Both the position numbers and the translations under genes were made by a program. From the human T2T-CHM13v2.0 reference genome, Homo sapiens: a DNA stretch of 64,000 nt. The DNA lies in assembly GCF_009914755.1 (NCBI RefSeq), contig NC_060931.1. One strand, given 5' to 3'. The notes beneath the pieces were generated by a model that was not told the DNA's origin, ran no database searches, and saw only the letters and a program-made list of their open reading frames with translations. Position 1 is the first letter of the stretch, and the number at the start of each line of letters is the position of its first letter. This document shows, one piece after another, positions 12,201-27,907 of this stretch.

Positions 12201-14059
12201 GAGGGCGTGAGCAGGATTGGTGAGGACTATTCTTGTTTGCCTGGCTCTAGCCGTTACCCTGACTTCAATCACCTCTAACTATGCGTCCTTCTATTTTGCC
12301 TGTTTCCCTGTTTTAAAAAAAAAAAGTAAAAAGAAAATATAAATTCCCTTCTGCTTTCAGAAATGAATTTTCTGAAATTATACCCATCATGGGGATTCCA
12401 GGGACCATGGACTCTTTGCAGACACACTACTCAAACCCATGGAGAAAATGTCCCATCGGCTGCCCGGGAGCCTCTGCCTTGGCCACTCGCAGCAACCCTG
12501 GGAGAAATAAGGGCCTCAGACAGAACAATAGCATGGATTGTGCCTCTTGCAGGAATTTCATCTGTCACTGAGTAACAGGTTTTGATCTCAGGCTCGCTGC
12601 CAGTTAGGAAGTGAAACCCTTTCCGGAACACTTGCTGTTTTGTTGGTTTTCCCCTGGAGATTTAATGATTTCACCTTGGAGGTTTTAGCTGATGAGCTGT
12701 GCTCTGTATGGAGCCTACCCATGTGAAAAACCAATCAGGTATTTCATGGGCTCCCCAATATTCTATTTCGTGAGTTTGGAGACCCACTAAGCCAACAATT
12801 GGACACCCCCACAAGGTGTGCATTTGCTGTCACCAGAGCGAGCTCTGGGTCTGTCCGCGTGGCACAAGGAGAGCTGTTAGATCAGTCGTCTTCTCTAACC
12901 CAGAGGCCTAAGTGAGAGGATGAGAAAGAGAAAGGGCCATTGTTTCTAAAGACAGGTTCACCTGAAGAATTTGGACAATGATGCCGGTTTCAGTTTAAAG
13001 GGCCTTTGGGCAGGGTTGGCATTGGGAACAGGGGCTGAGGGAGCTTCTAGACTTTTCTGCATTATGAGCAGAGTAATTACAAATCAGCTCTGCAGATGAC
13101 AGCACAGACCTCTTTGTGGTGGGTTCTCTTGGGCCAACAGCAGATTTGGAGCCGTGGAAGAACAGCGAGAAATCTCTTCACATGACCTTCATGTCTTCCT
13201 CCTGTAAACCGCATTGTATTTCTAACTTCAGATCAAGGGGACTGACATCTGCAACTCTTCAGGGAGGACAGCTGGGCCATGCCCCTTTGGGCCTCCCATC
13301 CTCCCCTCGTCTTGTCAGCCAGTCGTGCTGGGATCTGCCGGCAGCCTTGTGAGAACCGGGCAGGAACTGGCCAGCAAAGGCAGCTATAAATACTCCTCTT
13401 GGCAGCCAGCTTCACTTGGGAGCCCACAGCTGAGGGGCGGAGGCCAGCGGGAAGCACCTGCACCTCTTCAGGGTACATCCGAGCCTGGGCCTGGCTTCCC
13501 GCCCTCCACCTCTGAATGGGGATTTGGTCGACCTTTTCCGGCTTGGGGGAAGTCCCCGTGGTGATCCAGCTTCCCAGATGCAAGAGCAGCAGGGAGGGCA
13601 CTGCTCTCCAAGCAGCCCAACCCCTTTAAACTCAAAGTCAGAGCTATATTCTCACAAGGGCTGATGAAACTGAATAGCTAAGGGTAAATGAGGAGGCAGG
13701 AGAGGCGAAGAGGAAGGGAAATAAGCTCTTTTATAGAATGCTTTTCTCCTCCTGATTTCACTTGTGTGGGGAAGCATGAAACAACCACTAATCAGTCTTT
13801 CCCCCTGATGAGTCGGAAACTTGACAACTGGAGAGTTTTTAAAAAAATGAATGAATAAATATTTCTTCTTTGGGCTTTATTTATGAAGCATGGGCTAAGA
13901 GATCCCTTGTGGGCATTTTAAATAACCAGAAGCAAGTCACAGCAGCAGCTAATGGTCAACTGTAAATGCAGTTCTGCTGTGCAGTTGTCGTTCAAAATGT
14001 GACAGTATTTAAAAGCTGGGCTGTATATGAGATGAAGGAGTTCAAAGACCCATTGGATG

Positions 14060-14423
14060 ACAGTTCTCATGCTTCTGCAAGTGAAAGAATCATCTGGAAC
14101 ACTTGTTTATGAGGCAGATCCCCGGTCCCTACCCTCTGAGATCTGATCCTATAGATTTGGGCCAGGGCCAAGAACCTGCATTTGAGTCCCTAATTCCAAC
14201 CTGGATACTCTGGGACAGGACTGCGCTTTGCAAGACAATGCCCTATGCCAGTGGTTCACAAAGTGAGGTCCCCAACCTGGAGCCACAGGAAATTTGTTAG
14301 AAATACAGATTCTTAGGCCAACCCCAGAAAGACAGAATCGGGAACTTTGGGGACAGGGCCCAAAAATCTGTTTTAACAAACCTCCAGGTGGTTCTGAAGC
14401 CTGCTATAGGTTGATAAACACTG
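14060..14423. mobile_element. Two adjacent MER5-type hAT-Charlie MITEs (second copy 14249-14423)
   Basis: Second copy has TIRs CAGTGGTT...AAACACTG and a degenerate 8-bp TSD CCCTATGC/CCCTAAGA. Confidence 0.8.
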
Positions 14424-15865
14424 CCCTAAGATTTCTTACAAGCAAGTTGTGCAAACCCTGGAATACTGGCAATTCCAATGCGTAGCCAAGATTTAGAACC
14501 ACTCTGATGGACACTTCCATTGGAATATGAATGCTAATCTCACTTCTATAACCCTTATTTTTCTGAGCACTCACTTTTTTCAGCCAAGATTAGAGTTAAT
14601 AAGGTGAAGGGGAAAGAATGTGGGTTTTGTTTCAGGTAAACGACTCAAGCCTGGTCCCAAGTTGAACCCTCCCTGAACCTCAGTATTTTCATCTGTGAAA
14701 TGGAAGGAATGCTGCCCACCCCACAATGGTGCTGTGAAGAGTAATGAGACAGTATCTGGGAAAACACTTAGCCAGTGGCTGGCACATTGTAGAAACTTGA
14801 TTTTTCTGTCTCTCTCTACAATATTTTTTAGTTTAATTGGGGTCTGGAATGAGATTCTTAATTTTTATAGGAATATAGCTTAAGGGTTTGCTCTCCAGAG
14901 AGCATCAAAAGACTCATTTTAAAATTCATCTCTTGTTTTAGGGTAAATGTCTGAAGAGCTCAGTGAGCACTCTTGATGTTAAAGATGACTGGTAGCCTTA
15001 GTATAGAAGCAGCTCTAATTTAGCATGGCCTGGTTCCACTTTGTAACCAGAGTCACTTTCTCTTCTGGGACATCACTGATGTCTCAGTAATGGGCAAAAA
15101 CCTTATTATATTAGGCACTTTGCACAAGCATTTCACTTCCTTAATTGGTCACCATTGCTTATTAAATGCCAGGCCAACTTCCAATACAGTTTGGTGACAG
15201 AGGCCTGTCATCAACTGTTATAAAGAAATGACTTCTTGTGTGTGTACTGGTCAGCTTGTAATTCAGTTGGTTGGAAGATCAGTCAATATTGTATATTTAT
15301 AAAAGAGTAGATTCAGTAACCACTTTGGCATGAAGCATGCTGCCTGTGTTTTATATTTTATATAATACATAGTAGTTCTATTGACTCTAAATAAATACTT
15401 GACAATGACTGTTTTAATAGATTCCAAAGATGGAATGTCCACAAACACATCATTTGTAGGGTAAAGCTGACACAAATCACATTTGTGGGAGTAAAGTGGG
15501 AACTCATCCCTGTGCAATGGTCAAATGCTCCACATATTTTTGTTAGGATGGAAGGGTGTTTAGTAAGGTCCTTCATGTAATCAAGACCTGTCCTGGTGTG
15601 CAGCCATAGAAGCCAATTTGTTTTACTTCTGGTACACTGACCAGCATCCCTTAGGACAGGAAGAGATGGATATACCCAAATTGCATTGCCACCTAGTACT
15701 TCGGCAAACACTTACTGAGGACCTGCCAGGTGCAAAGCACATTTACATGCATGACCTCATCTAAGGCTCACAAACAGTTATCACCATCTCCTTTTTACAG
15801 ATGAGCAATTGAGATGCAAAGACATGAAGGCATTGGATAAACGTCATGCAACCCATATTGGTTTC

Positions 15866-15935
15866 ATTTACCCTAGAAGGGATTTCTTGCTTTCAGTTGT
15901 ATTTACCCTAGAAGGGATTTCTTGCTTTCAGTTGC
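15866..15935. repeat. 35-bp tandem duplication
   Basis: ATTTACCCTAGAAGGGATTTCTTGCTTTCAGTTG(T/C) occurs twice, 34/35 identical. Confidence 0.97.
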
Positions 15936-18061
15936 TGGTTTGCTTATTCATTCATCTAGTCATTATTCATCTATGGTTTATCATAGCGAGGCAACATTGT
16001 TTACTCTCATATCTCCTAAAACAATTTTAGAAACCTACATATCCTCTTGAACCTTTTTCAGATGAGACTTCAAGTTTCCCTTCCCGTGTTAAAATAGTTG
16101 CAAAGATGTAATTATGGCACGTAGTCAATATTGACACTTTACAACAAAATGTTAATGAATGCATTTCTATATGGCCAAAGGAATATAGATACCAATTATA
16201 TTTTTCCATTATCCAAAGGAATATAGATAGAAATGATATATTTATCATCTAAAATTTTAAAATACATGAATGATCTTTTAATAGAACTTTTTTCCTTGAA
16301 CTCATATTTCCATTTCATTTCCCCAATATTACCTCATTTTTAAGGGACCTCACGCTTAAAAATATGTTATCATTCTATTATAATTCTGTGTAGTAATAAT
16401 ATTAGTCAAATTAATTTTTTTAATTTGCTATAATCTTAAGACTTTAGATGTTAAAATTTTTCTTCTGGATTGGCTTATCATTAAAATTATGAAGAAATTA
16501 TTCAGAACAACATAAATATGACAACTTTAGACAATGCAGCATAAAATCAGGAGAGGTATACTTTTTTTTTGAACACAGAAAGCAAGATGGGAAAAAAGAA
16601 TGTTTCTCATGATATCTCCCTGCAGGCATGTTCTGAGGCCAATCTTATTAGGAAAGAGTACATGTGGAAGTCTGGGATATGGAAATTAATTCTCTGAGAT
16701 ACACCCAATCTAGCATATCCCAGCTGGAAGGCTGCTTCCCTGGGAGCCAAAAGCACAGAAGGTCCTTGAGGGGCCATGGGACACACGAACAAGCAAGCAA
16801 GAGCAAGTTAGACATGCCAAGCATTGTATCTGGTAGGGACTAGGTAAGGTAAGAGACAAGTACCATTTGTAATTTTTTTAATTTTTTAAGTTTTTAATTT
16901 AGGGGTATATAGTAGGTGTATGTATTTATGGAGTACATGAGATGTTTTGATATAGGTATGCAACATGTGATAATCACATAATGGAGAATGGGGTACCCAT
17001 CCCAAGCATTTATCCTTTGTGTTACAAACAATCCGATTACACTCTTTCAGATTTTTTAAATGTATGATTAAATTATTATTGACTATAGTCACCCTGTTGT
17101 ATTATCAAATAGTAGGTCTTATTCATTCTTTCTATTTTTATTGTACCCATTAACCATCCCCACCCCCTGATCTCCATCCCAAACACTACCCTTCCCAGCC
17201 TCTGGTAACCATCCTTCTACACTCTATCTCCATGAGTTCAATTGTTTTGATTTTCAGATCCCACAAATAAGTGAGAACATGCAATGTTTATCTTTCTGTG
17301 ACTGGCTTATTTCATTTAATATAATGATCTCCAGTTACATTCATGCTGTTGGAAATGACAGGATCTTATCCTTTACTATGGCTGAATAGTACTCCATTGT
17401 ATGTAAGTACCACATTTTATCCATTCATCTGTTGATGGACTCATAGGTTGCTTCCAAAATCTTGGCTATTGTGAACAGTGCTTCAAAAAACATGACAGTG
17501 CAGATATCTCTCTTTGATATAGTAATTTCCTTTCTTTTGGGTATATACCCAGCAGTGGGATTGCTGGATCCTATGGTAGCTCTGTTTTTAGTTTTTTGAG
17601 GAATCTCCAAACTGTTCTTCATAGTGGTTGTACTAATTTACATTCCCACCAACAGGGTACAAGGGTTTGCTTTTCTCCGTATCTTTGCCAGCATTTGTTA
17701 TTGCCTGTCTTTTGGATATAAGCCATTTTAACTGGGGTGAGATGACATCTCATTGTAGTTTCGATTTGCATTTCTCTGATGATCAGTGATGTCGAGCACC
17801 TTTTCATATGCCTGTCTGCCATTTGTGCGTCTTTTGAGAAATGTCTATTCAGATCTTTTGCCCATTTGGAAATTGGATTAGATTTTTTTCCTATAGAGTT
17901 GTTTGAGCTCCTTTTATATTCTGATATTAACCCCTTGTCAGATAGGTAACTTGCAAATATTTTCTCCCATTCTGTGGGTTGTCTTTTTGTTGTGTCCTTT
18001 GCAGTACAGAAGCTTTTTAACTTGATGTGATCCTATTTGTCCATTTTTGCTTTGGTTGCCT

Positions 18062-18127
18062 GTGCTTGTGGAGTATTACTCAAGTGCTTGTGGAGTATTA
18101 CTCAAGTGCTTGTGGAGTATTACTCAA
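18062..18127. repeat. Perfect 22-bp tandem triplication inside the L1
   Basis: GTGCTTGTGGAGTATTACTCAA repeated three times. Confidence 0.97.
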
Positions 18128-18771
18128 GAAACTTTTGCCCAGACCAATGTCCTGGAGAGTTTCTTCAATGTTTCTTTGTAGTAGTTTCATACTTGGGATC
18201 TTAGATTTAAATGTCTAATCCATTTTGATTTGAGTTTTGTATATGGTGAGAGATAGGGGTCTAGTTTCATTCTTCTGCATATGGATATCCAGTTTTCTTA
18301 GCACCATTTATTGAAGAGACTGACTTTTTCCCAGTATATGTTCTTGGCACCCTTGTTGAAAATAAGTTCACTGTAGGTGTCTGAATTTGTTTCTGGGTTC
18401 TCTATTCTGTTTCACTGGACTATGTGTCTGTTTTTATGCAAGTACCATGCTCTTTTGGTTACTTAGGTAATGTGATTCCTGTAGTTTTGTTTTTTTTTTT
18501 TTGCTTAGGATGGCTTTGGCCATGGGTCTTTTGTGGTTCCATATAAATTTTAGTTTATTTCTATTTCTGTGAAGAATGTCATTGGTATTTTGATAGAGAT
18601 TAAATTAAATCTGTACACTGCTTTGGGTAGTATGGACATTTTAACAATATTGATTATTCCTATCCATGAACATTGAATATTTTTCTATTTTGGGGTGTCC
18701 TCCTCAATTTCTTTCATCAGTGTTTTACAGTTTTCATTATAAAGATCTTTCACTTCTTTGGTTAATTCCTA

Positions 18772-19103
<332 letters not shown>

Positions 19104-20283
19104 TTACTTTTTCAGATTGTTCATTGTTGGCATTTTGTATGTTGATTTTGTATCCTACAGCTTTACTGAATTTATCAGTTTTAATAGTTTTTTTTTGTGA
19201 AGTCTTTAGGTTTTTCCAAATAAAAGATCACATCATCTGCAAACAAGGATAGTTTGACTTTTGTCTTTCCAATTTGGATGCCCTTTCTTTATCCGATTGC
19301 TCTAGCTAGGACTTCCAGTATGACGTTGAATAACAGTGATGAAAGTGGGCATCCTTGTCATGTTCCAGATCTTAGAGAAAAGGTTTTGTTTTTCCCCATT
19401 TAATATAATATAGCTGTTGGTCTGTCACGTGGCTTTTTTTATGTTGAGGTATATTTTATCTCCAGTATTTTGAGGACTTTTATCGTGAAGGCATGTTGAA
19501 TTTTATCAAATAATTTTTCAGCATCAATTGAAATGATATGGTTTTTATCCTTCATTCTGTTGATGTATCATATTGATTGATTTGTGTATGTTGAACAATC
19601 CTTGCATCCCAGGGATAAATCCCACTTGGTCATGACAAATGATTTTTCTAATATATTGTTGAATTTGGTTTGCTATTATTTTGTTGAGGATTTTTGCAGC
19701 AATATTCATAGGTATTGGCCTGTAGTGTTTTGTGGTTTTTTAAAAATGTATCTTTGTCTGGTTTTAGTATCAGAGTAATACTGGCCTCTTAGAACGAGTT
19801 TGGAAGTACACTCCTTCTCTATTTTTTGCATTAGTTTGAGTAGGATTGGTATTAGTGGTTCTTTAAATGTTTGGTAGAATTCAGCAGTGAAGCCATTGGG
19901 TCCCAGGCTTTTCTTCACTGGGATTCATTAGTAATTTAAACAGGGGAAATCCAGTATAAAGAACTGATAACCAGACAAAGGATGATTAACTCCTAAAAAG
20001 CATAAAGGAAAAGTTTAAGATATAATTGAGGTAGAAATTACAGAAGGCTGCTACCACCCTTGACTGAGGGAAAGGTAAGTAAGGAAAGACTCTGGAAGCG
20101 AGGGCGTGGCTACTGCAGGAAAGAAGAAACAGGCTGCCAGAGGGTGCTCGTCACAGCACCCTGAGAACTGTCACCACTGAAATGAACGCTCCTGAGACCC
20201 TCCACACTCCAATTTGCTCATACTTGTGTGAGAAACGGAAAGAAAGTGACCCCTCCCTTCCTTTCAGCTTTGCAGGCTCCCTG

Positions 20284-20300
20284 CAGCGCCCTCTATTGGC
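20284..20300 (-). promoter_or_regulatory. Candidate CTCF site
   Basis: Minus strand GCCAATAGAGGGCGCTG closely matches the CCASYAGRKGGCRS consensus. CpG-retaining neighbourhood. Confidence 0.6.
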
Positions 20301-21937
20301 AGACAATCCCCCCCCTCCCCGCGCCATACACCAAACCCAAACCCGCCGGTCAAAGAAGAGCCGGTAATGCGGTAATGTGCAGATTCTAGCTTCAGGATCA
20401 CAAAGCAAGACAAAAAGGACGGTTTGGAGCTGCAAGGCAATAAATTAACAACTGGAACAAACGTCAAGAGAAAAGTACAGTTAAAGGATTACAGAGAAAG
20501 GATAAATGACTTTTACTCTCTCCTCTCCCCAAATCAATAGATTGATAGGCTGGGTCCTGAGCGAACTCCTTCAGTCTCGGGGTAAAAACTGCAGAGTAAG
20601 CAGGAACTACATGGTTCCCTTGCAGTGATGCCCAGGGCTGAGAATCTTACCCCAAGCTCGAGAAATCTTCACTTTTCTATGCAAGCACAGGGAGCCCGTT
20701 TTCTCACGTGTTCAGGAAGAACAACCAGGATTTCTAAGGTGAGAATTATTTGTCTTCCTGGCAGTTGCTAATCCCAATACCAGTCCCTGGAGATTGCTTT
20801 TTTGCTGAGCTTTTTCTCCTTTGAATCCTGCCCAAGAAGAGTAGGAAGGCAGGGAACAGGGGATAAACTATTTTGATTTCTCATATTTCTGCTCTGTTTT
20901 GAAGTGAAACAATTTCATACAGCCCCCAGATTGGCACATGTTCCCCCTTCCACCAACTCCCCTGCAGTCTTTCTCACTGCAGTCAGGAAGACATTATTTT
21001 AAAAAATTCGTGTCAGTGCCAACCAACTGCGACAGGATTTTATTTCAAAAATCATTCTGTTGGCTTTCCTCGTATGAAACTCTCTGCCATAGTCTATAAA
21101 ACACTCCATTACCCATCTCAACCATCTTTAGAAAGAAGCCTTCTGAAAGGTCTCATGATGTGCAGAAAGTACACTGGCTTAGGGTAGAAGGCTGAGGCAT
21201 TTCCATTTCCAGCACCAACTGTGCTATGTGCATGAGAAAAATCACTCAGTTTCTTACTGCCTCCCTCAGCATTTCCCCCTGAACTCTACAGAGACCTCTT
21301 TTACAGTCATTGGCCTCAGGGAGGTTGTAAAGTACCATATTCATGTCGTTGAGATGGAAAGGACCAAGGGAATCTGTTAGGGCAGCTCTAGTCTACACAG
21401 CTCTGTACCTGAAGCTCTTTTCTGTGACTTTTAATTTATGTTACTTTCTGAAGTTTTAGTTCTAAAATTAGGACATAATATAAAATACACAAATTGATGA
21501 CCTTTTTGCATAAATATATACCTATGTAACAACCTTTGATCAAAACACAACATCAAATAATCCAAAAAGATCCCTTGTGTCCCTTCTTAGTCAATATACA
21601 TCCCTGTCCCTAGATGTAACCACTATTCTGACGTCCATTGACATAGAGTTGTTATATCTCTTCTCAAATTGTATCTCTTTGTATACATGAAGTCTTACAG
21701 TATATACCCTTTTGTATCTGGCTTCTTTCACCTAATACTGTCTATGAGATTTATCAACAAGTAGTTCCATCCTTTGTATTGCTGAGTAGTATTCCACTGT
21801 ATGAATATACAGCAATGTATCCATTCTGCTGTTGATGGACATTTGGGTAGTTTCTAGTTTGGGGCTATTATGAATAAAGATTCTATGAACATTCTTGGAC
21901 ATGTCTTTTGGTGGACACATACATTTTTCTTGGGTAT

Positions 21938-23133
<1,196 letters not shown>

Positions 23134-23755
23134 GGTATGCACACAGAAGAGGAACTGCTGGGTCAGAGTTGTTACAAATTTAGCGTTAATGGATTTTGCC
23201 AGTTTTCCAAAGAGTTGCACCAATTTACAATCTCACAAATAATGTAGAATTCCAGTTGCTTCATATGCTTGCCAATACTTGATATTGTCAGTTTTTCTAA
23301 TTTTAGACATTCTGGTGAGTATGAAGTGGCATTTCATTGTGATTTTATTTAGCATTTTCCTTAATGAGTAAAGATGTTGAGCAGCTTTTCATATACTTGT
23401 TAGATATTTGGATACCCTCTTTAGCAAACTCGTTAAAGTCCACTCCCCGTTTTTTATTAAGTTGTCTTTTTCTTATTGTAGTTTTATATATTCTGAATTT
23501 CAGTCCTTTATCAGATGCATATATTGCAAATAACTTTTCCCAACACGTGGTTTGCCTATGCTACCTTAACAAATACATTCACAGAGGCAGAAGATCAAAA
23601 TACTGTGTCTTCCAATGTGCTATTTCTCACATATCAATGGTCACCAAGTCATGGTGATATGCTTATATAACTGGAATAAAATAATCTTTTGGAATTCATC
23701 TGTGCACTTGCCTAAAAAGGCAAACGAGTATTTCGAGTATTTCAAGAATCTTCCT

Positions 23756-24101
<346 letters not shown>

Positions 24102-26019
24102 TTACTGCAAAGATTTCTGAAAATGAGGAAAAGATCCATGGTTTGGATTGATTATGGCAGTTTCTGTTAGAATCAGATTGTCTTCCTCAGTTTCCAAGGA
24201 AGAAATCGTGCTTAAAAACCAACAGTGTGATAATGCTGCTTCTAAGCATTCCAGTGGCAACTCTCCTTCCCTGTCATGGTGCTTTATAATTATTGGTTGT
24301 TTTCCTTTTCACCATTATGCTCCTTGAAAGCAGGAGCCAACCATTCTTATTCATCTTTATAACCCCAAGGCTAGCCCAGGAACTGGTGTGTCCTATGTAC
24401 TCAGTGAATGTTCCTTGAATATCTCAATTTAGTCACAGTAATCATCTATTTCAGATGTGAGTTGAGACACAAACGGAATTTTTACTTATGCCCATTTTGA
24501 ATGGATGTTGGTGTTGATGATAGATAAGGGGAAAGATGTGAATCTGAAAGAAATGTCTGACTCCTTGAGTCATGAAAAAAGGGAAATTAGAACCCCCAGC
24601 CAATCCTTTCGAGATGAAAACTGATAGAGAGGAAGAAAAGAGAGTCTGGTTTAGGCCAAGAAGGGAACAGAAGGAATCGGATGTAGTGCCACAGGGATGG
24701 CTAGCTAGGAGAGAGAGCAAAGCAGAGGGTAGCAGCCAATCTAGGAACCCCTTAGCGGAACTCGCCAAGCCCAGCTGCGTGTAAGATTCACCCTGGCTGC
24801 ACCGCAGACCACCTGATTCAGAATGGGGGTGGGATAGGCAGCTATATATATATATATATTTTTTTTAAGTATCCTGGGTGGTTCTGATGCATGACAAACA
24901 TCAAGAATGTCTGCTCTACAGCAATGTGAAGCTGGACAGCGTCTTCCAAACATTAACCCTGAAGTCTGTGTTAACAAAAGGCCGAGTCTCTAAATGTCCT
25001 GGGATAAATCCAGAGGATCCACCAATTAGAGATCTGGGTGCTGCAAAGTGAGCATTAGATCTCAGGGTAGATTTAGGCTTCTGGTACTGAGGACTTAATT
25101 GTCTTTCACTGTAAACAGAAAAGCTGTAAAAGGGAGTTCTGATTTTTAATTGGGGGTAGAAAAAATAAATTAGGAATTAGGAAGCAGAAAAGGTGATTAC
25201 CCTGAGTAAAATGCCACAATGAGCCAACTGTATTCCTTTTTCGCTATAATTGTTACAATTAGCCAGTTGTGGCCCAATTGCACCCTGAGAGTGCCACACA
25301 CTGTGGTGAAGCCATTGTAGTAATTAAAAGGTTAAGGTTGAGAAATGGAGGGCCTTTAGTGCCAAGGCTAGGAGAGCAGCTGCCTACCAAGCATAACTGC
25401 ACACTAGGAAATTTGTTCCTGAGGTAAGTGGCTTCACTAGTGGGTCAGCCTCACCTTTAAAATTCTACAGTTCTATGATATGCACTGTAAGATGTGAAGT
25501 CATGGTTATTTTTGAATCTGAGTTTTCTTGCTAATGCCAGCGTGCCTTCCTAAGTCACACTTTCCATGTGACTGCACCTGGCAGTTGCTGGAAGGGCTTG
25601 GGCCAAGCACAGAGAACTAGAAAACCTATGGGAAAGTTTTAAACTTTGTAAACCTGAAGTTCAGATAGAAAGTGCAAAGTCAACTGCAAGGTCCTCACCT
25701 GCCCACATGATGACATGGTATTAGAAAATGAAAACCAAGGAGGTTAAAATGCATTGTAATTATTGGCGTTACTCTGCAATGAAATCTGCACTGGGGATCC
25801 TTTGTCCCCAAAAAACCCCAACAGGATAAACCAGCTCTCCCACCATTTCCCATCCCAGCCAAACTCACCCAGCCAAACATACAACAGCTTAATTTATTGT
25901 AAGTCCAGATGAGCCATTCCAATAAGTTGTTAGGGTTAGGCTTACTTCTAAGAACACCAGACAATATAATGTAGCTGAAGAAGAAAAAATTACATCATTT
26001 TGACCATGAGGAGCTCTGC

Positions 26020-26760
26020 TTCTTCATTCAATAAACATATCAGGTGACAACTATGTGCCAGGCACAGTGCTGGGTGCCAAAATCACAGAGGAAAAAATGT
26101 GATGCCATGGAGGTGAATACGAGGAAGAACCAGAGAGAGAAACAAACATATTTAGTTAGTGTACTAAAGTGCAATGGCAGAGAAATGCACAGGGGGCCAT
26201 GGGAGCACCCAGTAGAGGCTCGGAGCCAGAGAAGATTGTAACCAGGGAGGAGGAGGAGTTGATGCCTCAGTGGAATCTTAAAGGAGAGGTGGAGTCGAAG
26301 GTGGCCTGAAGCCACTTATACTGGCTTGCGAGATCCAACACATTTTTTCCCATTTCTGCATTCAGTGACCAGATTTGTAGCTTGAAGTCAGCAGTGGTAT
26401 GAATATTTATACCTCAGAGGCAAACTCTACACATCAACCTTTTTTCTCCGCTAGAGTCAGTTGTTAAACACTAAACAGCGCACCACTGGGTAGGCCATAG
26501 ACAGATGGAGGGAAAGCATTTTGCACAAGGGTACACCCTAAACCAGGCCATGGAAGCCCCAAGAAGCTTGGAGGGGAACTATAGGACTTTAGCTTTTCTA
26601 GGCTGTAAAGTGCACAGCTGCAATGGCAGGAGATAAAACAGAAAGACAGCCAAGGACTAGATTGTGGAGGGCATTGCATGTTGTTAAGGAGTTTCTACTG
26701 TTATCCTGGAGGGGATGGGTGGACAAAGAAGTTTTAAGCTAGGGTGTGGTACGCTAACTT
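26020..26760 (-). mobile_element. L2 fragment interrupted by a MER63-like hAT MITE (~26298-26488)
   Basis: L2 text CATTCAATAAACATAT...TATGTGCCAGGCACAGTGC. The MITE ends CAGCGCACCACTG. Confidence 0.65.
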
Positions 26761-27907
26761 TTTTTTTTTTTTGAGACATCCTAGTTTACAACCACCAACG
26801 CCTCTCCTTGATAACAAATAAGTATCTTATACAAACTAAATTGAGATTAAAGAGAATCTGTTCCTAAAGTCACCTATAAAGCCAAAAATAGAACAAAAAT
26901 AATAAAGAAGAGAAAACCTCCAGCAATTGACTTTGGCTCACCTTGTCCAACAGCAGTGCCTCTCAGCATGTCAGACCCATGGAGGTTGGGGACTCCTGTT
27001 TGACACACTCCATGCTGTTTCCTCCGAGCTATTTGCACTTTAGTTAGTGCAGAAAATGTCACTCCTCTAGAGCATAGGCACAGGCTTTGATTCAATTTCA
27101 TGATTCTATCAAAGGATAGGCCTCAGCTTTTAAGCTTGGGGCTGTTGCCCATTTACCTTATAAACTTCTTATTTGATTTTGCATCTGGCCAAAACAGATA
27201 AAGACAGGGTCATCTGAAAGACGAGAAAGCTGTCATTGGCTTTCCTTGCAGTGTTTTGAATGTAGCTTCACGTTTTCAGTGTCAACTTTAAAGGAACTGC
27301 TTTGTACCTTGATTCTAAACCTTATGTTGGCAAAAGGCCCCAGATTATGATTGGGTACCACGGCCATAAGACCTGAGTAATGATGTCTAAATTTTCCACT
27401 TATTATGAAAATGTCCATTTTAACAAAAACAACAAAATACGGCAAAAGTTACACATATAGTAAATGATTTCTGTATTTTCCCTGTTTATGACAGTTTCCA
27501 TATCCTCTCCTCCTGGCACAAAGAAAGTGAGCCAGTCTGTATCTCACTTGCCAGTATTATGTTGGGCCATTATCCTGCTAGGATTCTTCCACCAACATCC
27601 TTTTTTAAAACTCGTATCATAAACTTATGCCAGACTCCATCCTTACCCCCGTTATGGGTCCCGTCCTCAGGACTCTCCATTAATACCGCACCCCACACCC
27701 TCAGTGAGCGCAGCATGAATTTTCCTATTCAGCATTGCAGGCAATTCTCTTTCCATTTTGGTTCATATCTAGTGACATTTAGTTTCATTATCCAATTTCC
27801 CACCACAATAGCGTAATTTGGTTCAGGTTGGTGGCCTGTGGAACGTGTAGCCGTTTAGGTCCAATCATTAAATGGAGGAATTTATGAGACTGTAAGATAT
27901 GAGGAAA

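Noticed and set aside
18062-18127. Short direct repeats as a CRISPR-like array
   Set aside because: No spacers, eukaryotic L1 context; a simple tandem expansion.
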